Assembly: GCF_963676685.1 (NCBI RefSeq)
Contig: NC_092345.1
Location: 88,536,001-88,600,000, forward strand
Length of the DNA: 64,000 nt
Reading direction: 5' to 3'
Origin: Mytilus edulis
Taxonomy: Eukaryota
Shown here: positions 47,844 through 59,700 of the stretch, in pieces
How positions within the stretch are numbered: position 1 is the stretch's first letter
How the letters are laid out: the number at the start of each line of letters is the position of its first letter
Notes under the pieces: generated by a model
The model's database searches: none
Told to the model about the DNA's origin: nothing
Seen by the model: the letters and a program-made list of their open reading frames with translations, nothing else
Translations under genes and position numbers: made by a program

Positions 47844-48662
47844 GTAAGACAAATTGTATTAATACTTTTTAGTTTTCTTTTCAGCTGATCGGTATTTACA
47901 ATATCGACACATATATACATGCGTTTGTTTTGGATAGGATTATTTAGGAACTGGCGTACAGTTTGTGGCAGTATAGACTCAGTATAACTTGAGCTGCATG
48001 ACGAAAGTTGCACACTTAATAGTGTAGGTACTTAAAATGTATATATAATTTGAAAAAAAACTCAGTTTGCAAAGCCTCGTGCAAAATATGGTAAACTATG
48101 ATAGGTAATGAGACAACTTTCCAACAGAAAACAATGAGTAGAAGTTATAAATTATAGGTCACCGTATACGTACAATGAGCAAAACCCATACCGCATAGAA
48201 AACTATAAAGGACAATGACATGCACCGGGAGAGGATTGGATCTCAACCTAAAAAGAATGAGTATAGACGTCAGGCTAAATTAAATGTTTAAAAATACCCC
48301 CGTTCATATACTGATTTATGCGAAAATCCATACCTATTCATATTTCACGAACAAATCACAAGGTAACAGTGATGTCATCTCCTCGAACTTTTTAAGACTT
48401 GCAGTTGACTGTTACAGAATGTTTGTATCAGCTATAATAAATGAATTGTAACCGAGATGACGTCACGTTATTCTTCTCGTTGTTTATGGCTTTTCACAAC
48501 AAACATTTTTTCTGTGTTCCGATGGAATTTATGTCCTAGCTTATTTTCTTTTCTTTCGGCCAAGCTGTTGTTTGTCATATCTAAAAGATATAACTTCTGA
48601 TATCAGTCCCCAACCTTCTTTTGGTTTGTACTTATTTTTATTTTACCACTTACTGCTTCTAG

Positions 48663-48815
48663 TTTTGGTACTTACGTATAATGGAAATGCCTACACCCAG
48701 TCAGCACCAAGCGTAGGACAAGTTTGTACCGATGGATGTCATGTCTGTTTTGTGAATGAATACCACGAAATTGTTAAGTTACCCATCAAAAAGACCGGAA
48801 TATGCGACACCACAG
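48663..48815 (+). CDS. VWC/pacifastin-like protein, exon 2 (degenerate Cys module)
   Basis: cttctag| and G|gtaaat; CTDGCHVC...C. Confidence 0.75.
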
Positions 48816-49259
48816 GTAAATAATTCGCAGTTGTAATATCAAATTATGATTCAGACGATTTTTTATTATTCATAACTAGTACTGTTCAGTTTGACCCCCA
48901 ACTAGAAATAAAAAAAAAAAAAAAACTAAAAAAAAAAAAATCCTCAAATTTGAATGCTGTATGCACTCAATATGGAGATGGTCTATTTTTAAATGAAAAT
49001 GTTTTGCTCCTGCTATACATGATATCATATATCGTTATTTTTTTCAATAAAACATACGAAAACAGTGCAATTAACCATTTTGGAGTGTAAACGTTTTTTG
49101 GATGTTTTAGATAAATAACGTGCATTTGATGGTCCTTTTGATTCGGTTGACACTTTTTTACTTTTTCACTCTTTATATACTACACTTTGACACAATTTTA
49201 TCGAATAAATAATTTCCTATCTAATAAAATGATCGCTTGATAAATCTGGTTGAAGTTTC

Positions 49260-49480
49260 TTTTTCTACAATTCATAAGCCTCTTTCTCTAAAGAAAAAAA
49301 GTTTATATGCTATATACTTACTGGAGGTGTGATGAGATGATTAAAGCACTTGTTTTCTCCTGTTCATTTCGGCAATAAATTTTATCGACATATCGCAAGT
49401 ATTCCTATGGGCACCAATTGTGCCCCTTTGATAGCAGACTAGTTCCTTAACTGTTATGAATCACAGTTTATCTACAGACT
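49260..49480 (+). pseudogene. Decayed Penelope-like RT fragment in an intron
   Basis: IPMGTNCAPLIAD*FLNCYESQF at ~49400-49470 is the RT motif-B region of PLEs, with a stop codon. Confidence 0.7.
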
Positions 49481-49618
49481 CAGTAGAGATTCGTCTAATG
49501 GATAGTTGTCTGAATGGAAATCATACCAAATATCTTAAATTTTATTTATTTGAACATATCATTTCAAACTATTTTCGATGCCATAAATAAATAATACATA
49601 AAATTCCTCTTTTTAAAG

Positions 49619-49786
49619 GAAAAACACTCAACAACGACGACTTTGTTTGTATGTATGGTTACAATTTCAGACCCAAGACTTATTTAGTAAACGAAACCAT
49701 AACAACAGCAGATGGATGTAACTCTTGTCTTTGTACAACACGTGGTGCTCTTTGTACAAAGGTTGCATGCAATAATGATGGTTTTG
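49619..49786 (+). CDS. VWC/pacifastin-like protein, exon 3
   Basis: ttttaaag| and G|gtaagt; C...YLVNETITTADGCNSCLCTTRGALCTKVAC. Confidence 0.85.
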
Positions 49787-50140
49787 GTAAGTTTCTGGGA
49801 ACTTATATATACACTTATGGTATAGTAATGGGGAAAAAAATGAAGCATCTTACTAGTATTTAAAATCTATGTTTTGTTGGGTAAATTGCTTTTTCTTTTT
49901 ACTGAAAACGTAAGATTTTCTGTGCAATTGTCTACAAGCAACCAATTTCAATAGTCTGTGACCACCTTGTTGGTTTCGTTGTTGAATCCATGAATAGACA
50001 CTTAAAATAAAGGTAATGAGAATTCACAGTAAACCACGGATCAATTTAACATCTGAAATAATATATTTTGACAACTTAATAAAGATAAAATATAATCTGT
50101 GAACAAGTGAATATTTCAATACCCTTTTTATCTTCCCCAG

Positions 50141-50328
50141 CTAAACCAAGTGATGTCCCACTATACGGAGACTGTAATGACAATGGAAGATGGTACAAGT
50201 TCAAAGCATTGTGGGAGGCTGATGACGGATGTAACACTTGCACATGTGTTGGTATTGGCAATTATCAAGGGCCTTTTATTTGTACACAAGGACTATGTAC
50301 CAACAAAGAATCTGCAGTTGTTGGTTAG
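50141..50328 (+). CDS. VWC/pacifastin-like protein, exon 4 (last)
   Basis: ttccccag|; C...WEADDGCNTCTC...CTQGLC; TAG followed closely by AATAAA. Confidence 0.85.
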
Positions 50329-52901
50329 AAATAGAATAATAAAATAAAAACCCAGCCGAATACGTATTGTAAGCAGAAATAAAACATGGAAAATGGTGTA
50401 ATTAATTCGGGAAAGTTTTTAATCTTCAAACAAAAAGTGCTGCCACTGTTGGGATAAACCAACTGCGTCCGTTAAACTGATTCTTTTTTCCGATGGTTTG
50501 ACGATTTTAACTCTTACTTGTCTCTAAAAATACCTACCTACTTCAAATGTATGTTTTGATGACACTTCCTGAAACCTGTTGTCTTTTATAATCAGTTTAT
50601 ATTTTTTTGAGTTGTCGTATTCAACCAACAGCTATGTCTACCTATCTTAGCTAGCTTCCTGTAGTAGTGAACACTTTTGACTTTTATCTTTTTCTTCAGG
50701 TAAGGGGACTGCATTCCGTTCTACTTGTTCTTTATATGGTGTTTTGTTACGTCCTTTACTTTTACAACATATGGCTTAGATAAGCAATGCAAGCAGAGAG
50801 GTTTTCGCTTATACGTAAGACGAATTCCCACCAATGTGTACTTGTACCAAGTTCGGCTAACTGGACAATGTGGTGTTTGTTGTTTGTGTTTGTACGCTAT
50901 TTTGTCGGATGAGTTTGTACTTTTTTGGTTTGGTAAGTATAGTTATACTGTCCAATATTTGTGGTTATGCTGTTGTTCGTTTCATGTACATATATACAGT
51001 CAGTTATCATAACCCCTTTAAACTATATCAAAACTCTATATGAGATATGTTTTTTTGTTTTTTTTTTGAGGTTGGTTATATAATGACTCTCATTTTAAAA
51101 TCAAATGTTTACAAATTTCTGAGAGGCAGCAAAACACAATTTTGAGGATTATTACCAAAATATCAACGACAGCAAAATTATTAGAAATATGTTTTTCTCT
51201 CTCTCAGTTCATCTTTGTTCAGTTTTCCAAACATATTTCAGAAAATTGAGAGGAGCTTCAGCCTTGGAACAACATCACAAGGAACACGTTGTCCCATAGC
51301 TGAGGTCCGCCAACTTTCCTCTAAGATATTAGTTAGGTTTTATGTCTAGTTATCAAAGTATAATACGCCATCAAATTGCAGAAAATAGACCAGGGTTTTC
51401 CCTCAAAACAATTTTAATCAACTTGTGTGTATTTGGTTAGACTTTATGATTGTACAAAAGATTAAGTTCGACTTTTTATTAAACGTTTATATTTTAACAG
51501 AAAACATAAGTGTGCTCCAATTTATTTGAAGATAAAACAGACAAGATTTATAGCATGATTTTTGGGGTTATCTAAATATTTTTGGCTAGCTATCTACGTT
51601 CCGAAGCCCGTGACTAACTTTTGAAGTGGCCTTACATAGACGGAATACTACATTGAACGCACCATGTGAACTGGAAGAAATCCACACTATCTGTTCATCT
51701 TACAAGTGAGGTAAGTACATAAGATTTAAGATATTTACTCCTCCACTTTTTTTAATTTCAATTGTAGCATATTTTTAATTTGGTCTTTTGAATTATTTAT
51801 AAAGAATGTATTAAAAGATCTTTCGGACACATTCAATTTTGTAATGCACACCATATTTGATACTCATAATACAATAATCAATATTAAATTCTTTTTATTC
51901 TATCTATAATACAATCACCATATTATATAACTTCCGCGCACATGACAGCATTCTAAGAAGTAGTGACATAAACTTAAACAGGAAATAAAAATGTATAAGT
52001 AGTGCATCCAGTCATGAACATCTAAATTGAGGTATTTTGGAATTTGAACGGTAAGTATTATTTCATATTCGGACTGTCAGTTCCAATATATAATTGTGTA
52101 CGTCGTATTTTTATTATCATGATTATGTCTGTGCAAGTTTCTCAAGCGTCATCCGCCGACTCTTTTTCATGGTTTGTTACATAGTAACACGATATATGAT
52201 AAAAATGGTAAATAATATTGCTACAAAAATTTGAAAAAATCTTTTGCGTACCGGAAATCTGATTGGTTAGCGAATAATAAAGATGAAAAAGTGTAATCAG
52301 AATTATGCATATTCATTAAAAAATATGAAAAGTTGTGATAGGATTGATCTCAATATTACAATGTTCTCTTGGTGAGTTCTAGAGCACCGTCCATTGGTTG
52401 ATCTTGCATGGTTGCAATGGGGATAATTCTCATTAATATCTGTTGCTAGTTCTGAGTGACCGCCCTTGATGACCTCTGCATTGTGGTGATGCAAAGTTCC
52501 TCACGGATGTGCATTTTTCATGAGGAGAACTACTAGTACAACAAAATAATAAGAAACTATATTTTTGTTCTATAATTTCCGGTTAATCCATTTTTATATT
52601 TATTTATATTTCAATCGACCTCATTACACTATATACACTTTATATTGTAATAATATCCTATTTCGCTAACATTTGAGTTAATATTTTTGTGTATTGTCAA
52701 TTTTCACTAAAAACTCGCATGTTTTATAAAAACAGGACAGTCTTTGTCCCTTTTAGTACGCAACTGAATAATGTATTATTTTATTGCCAAAGAATGAGAC
52801 AATCATCCACAGAAAAGTAAATGACAAGGATGTAAAAAGCTACAGTTTTAAACAACTACGACTTAAGTTTCGTTCATTCATTTTGCTCTAAATGTATCTT
52901 T

Positions 52902-53030
52902 CAGTGGCGGATCCAGCAATTGAAAAAAAGGGGGGGGGGGTTCCAATTTTATGCTCCCATTCAAATGCATTGATCGGCAAAAAAAAGGGGGGTTCCAACC
53001 CCCGGAACCACCCCTTTGGATCCGCCACTG
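52902..53030. mobile_element. 129-bp MITE
   Basis: 14-bp TIR CAGTGGCGGATCCA/TGGATCCGCCACTG, flanked by direct TCTTT on both sides. Confidence 0.8.
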
Positions 53031-53060
53031 TCTTTTGTTGAATATTATTAAGCCTATTAA

Positions 53061-53654
53061 GGTGGTATGGGTGTCTTCCTCCATCTTGGATTGTAAAAAA
53101 ACAGAGAACCAAAGGTCCAGATTTTTTATCAAGTTAGCAAAATTTGATGCAGGAATGCAAATATTTAATGTGAATTTTTATTTAAAAGAACTAATTCATA
53201 AGAATATAACTTATAAATATTGATATTTTTGCAAATGATGATTATTTTTGGTTGTTTTTAAAAATAAATTAAATTGGCATTTTAAGGGGAGGTAACTCTA
53301 AAACAGTGCATTTTCTGAAGGATTCTACATAGAATTTTCCTATTTTGTATTTTAGCCGGAAAAAACGTACGGTGACCCTATCTTTTCTTTTGATATTCTC
53401 AAAGCATTGTCTACAAGCTATCTTTTCCTTAAGTATTTAACAATTCTATCATTTTGTTTAGTTTCTAATCACAAAATTGTGTTTTTTCCTGTATAATCCA
53501 TACAAAATTTGTCATTTTGTCACGCCCTGTAGCTTGAGAAAATGCGCGGTGACCTATCATTTTTATAACATTTTTCAACATATATCAATAGATACTACAT
53601 TTTGGCAAAGTATGAACAAATTCTATCATTTTTAATTTAGACTCCCATACCACC
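53061..53654. mobile_element. Kolobok-type non-autonomous DNA transposon (594 bp)
   Basis: TTAA on both flanks; GG...CC termini; 16-bp TIR GGTGGTATGGG(T/A)GTCT. Confidence 0.8.
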
Positions 53655-53988
53655 TTAAGGATATATTATACCCATTTATCGTCTGTTTGGTTGTTACGAA
53701 TTAAAGCTCAAATTGATATCCGAATATGTTAAAAACAAGTTACCATTTGCTTCGATCCGATTAAAAACTTATGTACTAAGTATTACAATATACCTTCTTA
53801 TTTTCAATTTAATCATGTATTTTGGTTTTCCAAACTTTCTGCCCCGGGCGTAATTTACAGCATTTTTCCCTCATGCTCAGCATTTTTTGGTGTTGATCAG
53901 ACATAAGATTATTTCATTTTTAAACTGCAATACTTAATTCTCAAGTAGCAATTTTAATGGTTATAATGTGTTTTTTTTCTTCAGGAAT

Positions 53989-55938
53989 ATGTTACGATCC
54001 ATATCCACACACAACTTCATACACTTTATTAAGCCACAAAGATTAGAGTTCAAAGATGGCACCAATTATATAGTTGGTGGAAACTCGACTGGTAAATCGG
54101 CCATTTTTGAACTGATACGTAGAAGTTTGTCAAATGATATCAATACAACGTCATCCTCGTTCACTATTGATTCTAACATTGCATATTCAATCTGTCATTT
54201 CAAAATCCCAGATGGGATCAAGCAACAGTTTCCTTGCAATCCAACCGATATCATCTCTGGTCTCTTTGTGGAGAAAGCAAACAAAGGCGACGAAGGCCAA
54301 CTTTCTTATTACTATTACAAAGTTTTAGTAATGACAAAGGAGTTCAATAGCTTAGAAATATTAATAACTAGATTTGAAGGGTTACGTTCATGTAATTCAG
54401 ATCAATTTCATTCCCAATTATATTTGTATTATAATTTTAACAATGATAAAGTATCAGAGTCTATAAAAGATGTAATGAGAGAAGGCAACCATGATACCTA
54501 TCATAAAAGTATCCAGTCTCTTTTTGATGAAATAAAGCAAAATGCTATCTTTGATGAAAACATTTGCAACCAAGATAAAGTTGACAATCTATTCAAGAGC
54601 CTTGAAGATAGTTATGTGAGCGTCCTACCAATGCGTTCAATTGGGCCTTTACAGTGGACTAGAAGTGAAAAGAATTGTCACAGCGAGAGAGAGAACAACT
54701 ATGCAATTACATGTCAAAGAGCAGAGATTATAAATAATCTCCTAGACAGCGATAAAACTGACACATATCTTCACAATAAGTATCACACGTTGCTAGTTGC
54801 TCCATATAGATTTCAAAAAGAGGGAAGCGACGTTTTTATGTATAACGACGACGGAGCTACAATAATTAAAAAGCCCCTCTTAAAAACTCCCGAGGGCATA
54901 ATAGAGGCTGAACAGCTAATACTACTGTTATCACAAAGCAACTTGTTAACAATTACACTAGAAGAGCCAGACAGAGGAATGCACCCACAAATGATAACAA
55001 AAATGCGAGACTGGGTTTTAAAGAAAGTGAAGAATAAGACCGTTCTTGTTATATCCCACAATCCGTCCATTTTGGATCATGCAGTTCTTGACAGAACATA
55101 TATATGCTCAAAAAGTATCCAAAGTGGATATATTTCTCACTCTGTCATGAAATTCCCTGATGGATATAGAAAATATGGAAGAATTGAGGAAACGAAAAAT
55201 CTGTTATTTTGTGAACGCATTTTATTTGTAGAAGGATTTACCGATAAAATCTTCATTGAGGCAATTTTTGATGTCCTGATAAATGATAGTAAAAGGAACA
55301 ACAAAATCATTGGTCAGAAACAGATAATCAATACTGAATTGTTTAGGAAATACCTATCAACCATTCATGTCGCAGAATTGGTAGAGGGATGCGGAAGTGG
55401 ACCAAAAAAGATGGAATTTTGTGACAAATTACGACGGGAATGTTGCATTGTCTATGATGCTGACGTATTAAAAACATCACCAAAGAAAGAGACACTGTCC
55501 GAGCCTAGAATATTTATTTGGAAGGAAGGGGCACTGGAAAATGTAATCAATAAAGCTGCTATTCACATGCCCCAAGAAATCAAGGATAAGCTAGACATAC
55601 CTATTTCGAGACGAAATTTTAAGAATTGGAAAACTAGTTTAGTTGATAAGAGTGACAAGGACATTGCTTTATTAGCCAATGCCCTTCTTGATTCATCTGA
55701 CGAGATCAATAGGTTTTTAGAATTTTTACGTAAGATGATGGAAAATCCGAATATTGCTCTTAATATAACTAGATCGGAAAAAAGAAAACTGTCATTTCCT
55801 GACTGTAGTTCTAAAAGAATGACTGGAGAACAACATCCAGTTGAGGATCTAGAAACAATTGACGATCCGGAAATGGAACCAAGAACAGGAATTTCTCAAG
55901 ATTTCGATGATGTTGTTTTAGATGACGTCGAAAAATGA
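53989..55938 (+). CDS. OLD-family ATP-dependent nuclease-like protein: N-terminal ABC ATPase plus C-terminal TOPRIM, 649 aa, single coding exon
   Basis: MLRSISTHNF start typical of Rad50/OLD ATPases; Walker A GGNSTGKS; degenerate signature TPEG; Walker B/D-loop TLEEPDRGMHP; H-switch VISHNP; TOPRIM LFVEGFTD, YDAD and EGALE. Acceptor ttttttttcttcag| lies 4 nt before the ATG; AATAAA cluster near 56000. Confidence 0.88.
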   Translation: MLRSISTHNFIHFIKPQRLEFKDGTNYIVGGNSTGKSAIFELIRRSLSNDINTTSSSFTIDSNIAYSICHFKIPDGIKQQFPCNPTDIISGLFVEKANKGDEGQLSYYYYKVLVMTKEFNSLEILITRFEGLRSCNSDQFHSQLYLYYNFNNDKVSESIKDVMREGNHDTYHKSIQSLFDEIKQNAIFDENICNQDKVDNLFKSLEDSYVSVLPMRSIGPLQWTRSEKNCHSERENNYAITCQRAEIINNLLDSDKTDTYLHNKYHTLLVAPYRFQKEGSDVFMYNDDGATIIKKPLLKTPEGIIEAEQLILLLSQSNLLTITLEEPDRGMHPQMITKMRDWVLKKVKNKTVLVISHNPSILDHAVLDRTYICSKSIQSGYISHSVMKFPDGYRKYGRIEETKNLLFCERILFVEGFTDKIFIEAIFDVLINDSKRNNKIIGQKQIINTELFRKYLSTIHVAELVEGCGSGPKKMEFCDKLRRECCIVYDADVLKTSPKKETLSEPRIFIWKEGALENVINKAAIHMPQEIKDKLDIPISRRNFKNWKTSLVDKSDKDIALLANALLDSSDEINRFLEFLRKMMENPNIALNITRSEKRKLSFPDCSSKRMTGEQHPVEDLETIDDPEMEPRTGISQDFDDVVLDDVEK

Positions 55939-56776
55939 TTGAAAATGAAACTGTTGGAAGTATTTCCTATCACATGTGAAGTAAATTTATAGACAACAAA
56001 TAAAATAAAATAAAAATGAAACAAGAAATATGAGAGAAATTTTTAATTATTAATTCGGATTAAGTAAAATATAATAAACAGTTTAGGTCACCGTGCTATT
56101 TTTCAAGCAACGAGTCGTTCAAAATTGCTGACATTTGCTTATATTGTTCCTGAAAATAAATCTATGAGATAGAATTTTGAAATAAAAAAGAAGATAGTTT
56201 TTTTTATACGAAAATGAAAAGAAAAAAAATAGTGTTACCGATAAACTCATCATAGATACCAGGATTACAATTTTATATTTACGACAGACGTGCGTTTCGT
56301 CTACAAAAGATTCATCAGTGACGCTACTTGTTTTCTTGCTACAAGTAAAAAATAAAAATTTCCCTATCGGTCCAGCATAAATTTTGTACCAAAAGAGTTA
56401 CCTACCCTTATATGGCTAAGTTGAAAGTTTTCATTCTGAAAAACACAAATGTTTTGTATTTGATTAAACATTTTGGATAATACAATTATATACTCAGTTT
56501 TCCTTATATAAATAAACAGTCTAACCAATAGAGTGCAAATCTGTCTCCAATTTGCAGATTTGGACAAAGAGTTAGACCGATCTTGTACTGCAATTGTACA
56601 TTCCAAGATGACCGTATACCCTGAATTATCTTATCCAAAAATTTATTTGAAATTATGTTTAAGAATGAAAACGAATATTCTATAAATAGATAATTTTTAC
56701 AATCAATGATTTTAGTGACAAATTACCAATAGCAAAAAGATGTAAAGAATAGTGAGTTCGTGCACAATGCAAAAAA

Positions 56777-59700
56777 TAGCACGGCAGCTTTGTGAACAAT
56801 ATGCACATCCTGCTACAAGATGAAATTTGGCATAGACCTTCCTCAACTATTACTCTTTAATTTCAGATAGGGAGGCATTTGTAAAAAAATGTCTCACTTC
56901 CGGTAAAATCCAAAATGCCGGACATCATACTTAAATCAGCCCAGAATCAGAGGCTATAGTGTGTGAATATGTGTTTTTATCATGCTGCTATAATAATATT
57001 TGGTACAAACCTTTGTAATGTACTACTTTTGGATATATTATATAGATTAGATGTCTTTAAAAACCCTTCTTCCGGAAAAATCCAACATGGCGGACATTGT
57101 ACTAAAACAAGATTATTTTTTAGGGAGGGCGATTGAAATGTGTTTTGACGTATTGCTACTATCATTAAATTGTGCGGGAACCTTTCTTTGAAGCTGCTAA
57201 CGGATACAATGTACAAGACATATGTCTTTAAAACCTTACTTCCGGTAATATTCAAAATGACGGACATAGAAATATCATTATTTTATTTTGATATTCAACT
57301 TTTTTTCAAAATGTAAAGAAAATGTTGTTTTTTTTGTGCTGGTTATTAAACTTTTGGCTTTAAGTTATCCTCTAAACCACTTATTCTATTCTATAGTTAA
57401 TGTTTAAATACAAAGTTAAAACTTCCAGTAAATAAAACCAATATGGCGTAAATTTCAAAGATGAGTCCGCAGTCCATATCTTCGATGTAGAGTTTTGGAT
57501 AGATTGATTAAAAATAAAATTAAATAACTTAGGTACTAAAACATCTTTAAAATTACTGATTTATGTCCGCAAATACATGTTTATTCACAATCGGAGAGCT
57601 GATTTTCCTCATTTACAAAGACCGTGGTATTGTTTCTTACATAAATAATGTACAAGCTCTTGATAAGAGAAGCACAAATATGGCAGTGATAGGTGAGCTA
57701 GGGAGATATCCTTTATTTATTGAAGTTATAGTTAATATGTTTTCATACTTATCACGTTTAACAAGTACAGAGGACCAATTATTGTCTGAAGCTCTCCTTG
57801 TATCAAAATCCTTATCAAACCATAGTAAGAAAAGTTGGTTTAATTCTATAAGTTCACTAGCAAAATACTTAGACATAGATTTATCGCAAGTTTTTAATAT
57901 GAAATCAAACTTGAAAAGATTTATTTTAAACAAACTTAAATTAAAGTATAATAAGTTGTGGTATTCATCTTTAAACAATGACAGAAAAAATATGTCATTT
58001 GTGAATAAATTTAGAACATACAGACTTTTAAAGAGAAATATATATTTTGAACCTTATTTGGCTATAGGTAATAGGAATCTGAGAATTCAGATGACAAAAT
58101 TCAGAATTAGTAATCATGATTTAGAAATAGAGAGAGGTAGATACAGGGGACTTCATGCAATGGATAGAACTTGTAATCTTTGTAAAAAAGAAGTGGAAGA
58201 TGAACTCCATTTTTTACTTAAATGTTCATATTTGGAAAGTGAGAGAGTTTCCATTATTTCCAACATAGTTAAAAGTTACAAAAACTTTCACAATTTATAT
58301 TATCAATCACAATTTATTTGGCTAATGTCCAATGAAGATAGTCACATTTTTAATCAAGTAAGCAATTTAATTAATAATTTAAATGTTGTTCGAAAACAAC
58401 TATTAGAAACTTAGTGAGTTTATATATTTTACTATAAAAAGACAGAGGCATAATTTAGATATTTGTACAGTTTCTTATTGTAGGATCATAAAAGCACCAG
58501 GGGAAAAACCAGGATATTTAAATTCAGTTTCCTATTTTTTAGGATCACTGTATTTGTCAAAGTTGAAACATGATACATTTTATAAATATACATTAGTGTG
58601 TCTTTCTTTTCTCTTCGTTGTAATCATTGATTTAATTGTACTCAAATAATTGTAATCATTTTGTAATCATTGTACATAATTTAACTTGTGATTATTCTGC
58701 TTGTAATGGGCGTCTCTAATTGACAATAAAATATATTTGATTTGATTTGATTTGATAAGATGAAGAGGACTCACAAAGAGTTGTCCAAAAGGGTTCCAAT
58801 GAATCGTATTATCCCCTTTGCCGTTCATAAGCGTCTAGACTGGTAAGCATAGGAACTAATTCCAAGCTTGTTACTCATCCACACCTTCCATGGTATATTT
58901 CACGTTTTACATGCTGAAAAAACTAGACAGAGTCGTTCAAATAGCATCATAAGCGTCTGGACTAGTTAGCATAGGAAAAAAATCCAAGCTTGTTTCTCAT
59001 CCACACCCGCCATGGTATATTGCACGTTTTACATGCTAAAAACACTAGACCAAGTCGTTCAAATAGCATCAATAAGTCTTTTCTCTTCCAAAAACATGTT
59101 TTCTTGCTTCGTAAATAAAATTGAGAATGGAAAAGAGGAATGTGTCAAAGAGACAACAACCCGACCATAGAATAGACAACAGCAGTAGGTCACCAACAGG
59201 AAACCCCATCTGATAAGTTTGTTCGATCTTACTACAAAACCATGTATCGCTTTATCAATGACATTATCAAATCCATATCTGGTGATGTTGGCTGATCAAT
59301 CATCATTCTAAATCAATAAAGTCACATCTTCAAACACCATCCATGTCAACAACGAAGTTCCCTTTCAAGTAAACGTACATATGAAAGGTCAGGGATAGAT
59401 ATATATCTAAAGCTTTTCCCACTTCCAAATGCAAGCCAAAGTTCGTCTGCCCTATGTCACGGAATAACGAAACAGCAATGACAGCAACATCAGTATCGAC
59501 TGTTCGAGTCATGACTCAGTTAAGTCTATGTATCACTGTATCATACAGCAAGCTCATGTGAATAACAACTAAAACGTTCTTTCTTAATGTCGTCACCTCT
59601 CAGAAAACGTTGCCAATTTTGAGAATTTTTTTTTGACCATGGATTCGTCTATGTATTCCCTTTCCCCTAAATGTAGCTCTTGTTTCTTATAGCAGCCTTC

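Noticed and set aside
53968-55938. OLD-like ORF as bacterial contamination, and the GTG start at 53968
   Set aside because: It is flanked by host transposons, has a splice acceptor and poly(A) signals, and has no operon neighbours. The GTG-FFFF stretch is the polypyrimidine tract; ATG 53989 matches the family N-terminus.
57563-58414. 283-aa ORF as a host gene
   Set aside because: Chimeric: the first ~35 codons are antisense Academ-like sequence and the rest is a truncated LINE ORF2 C-terminus.
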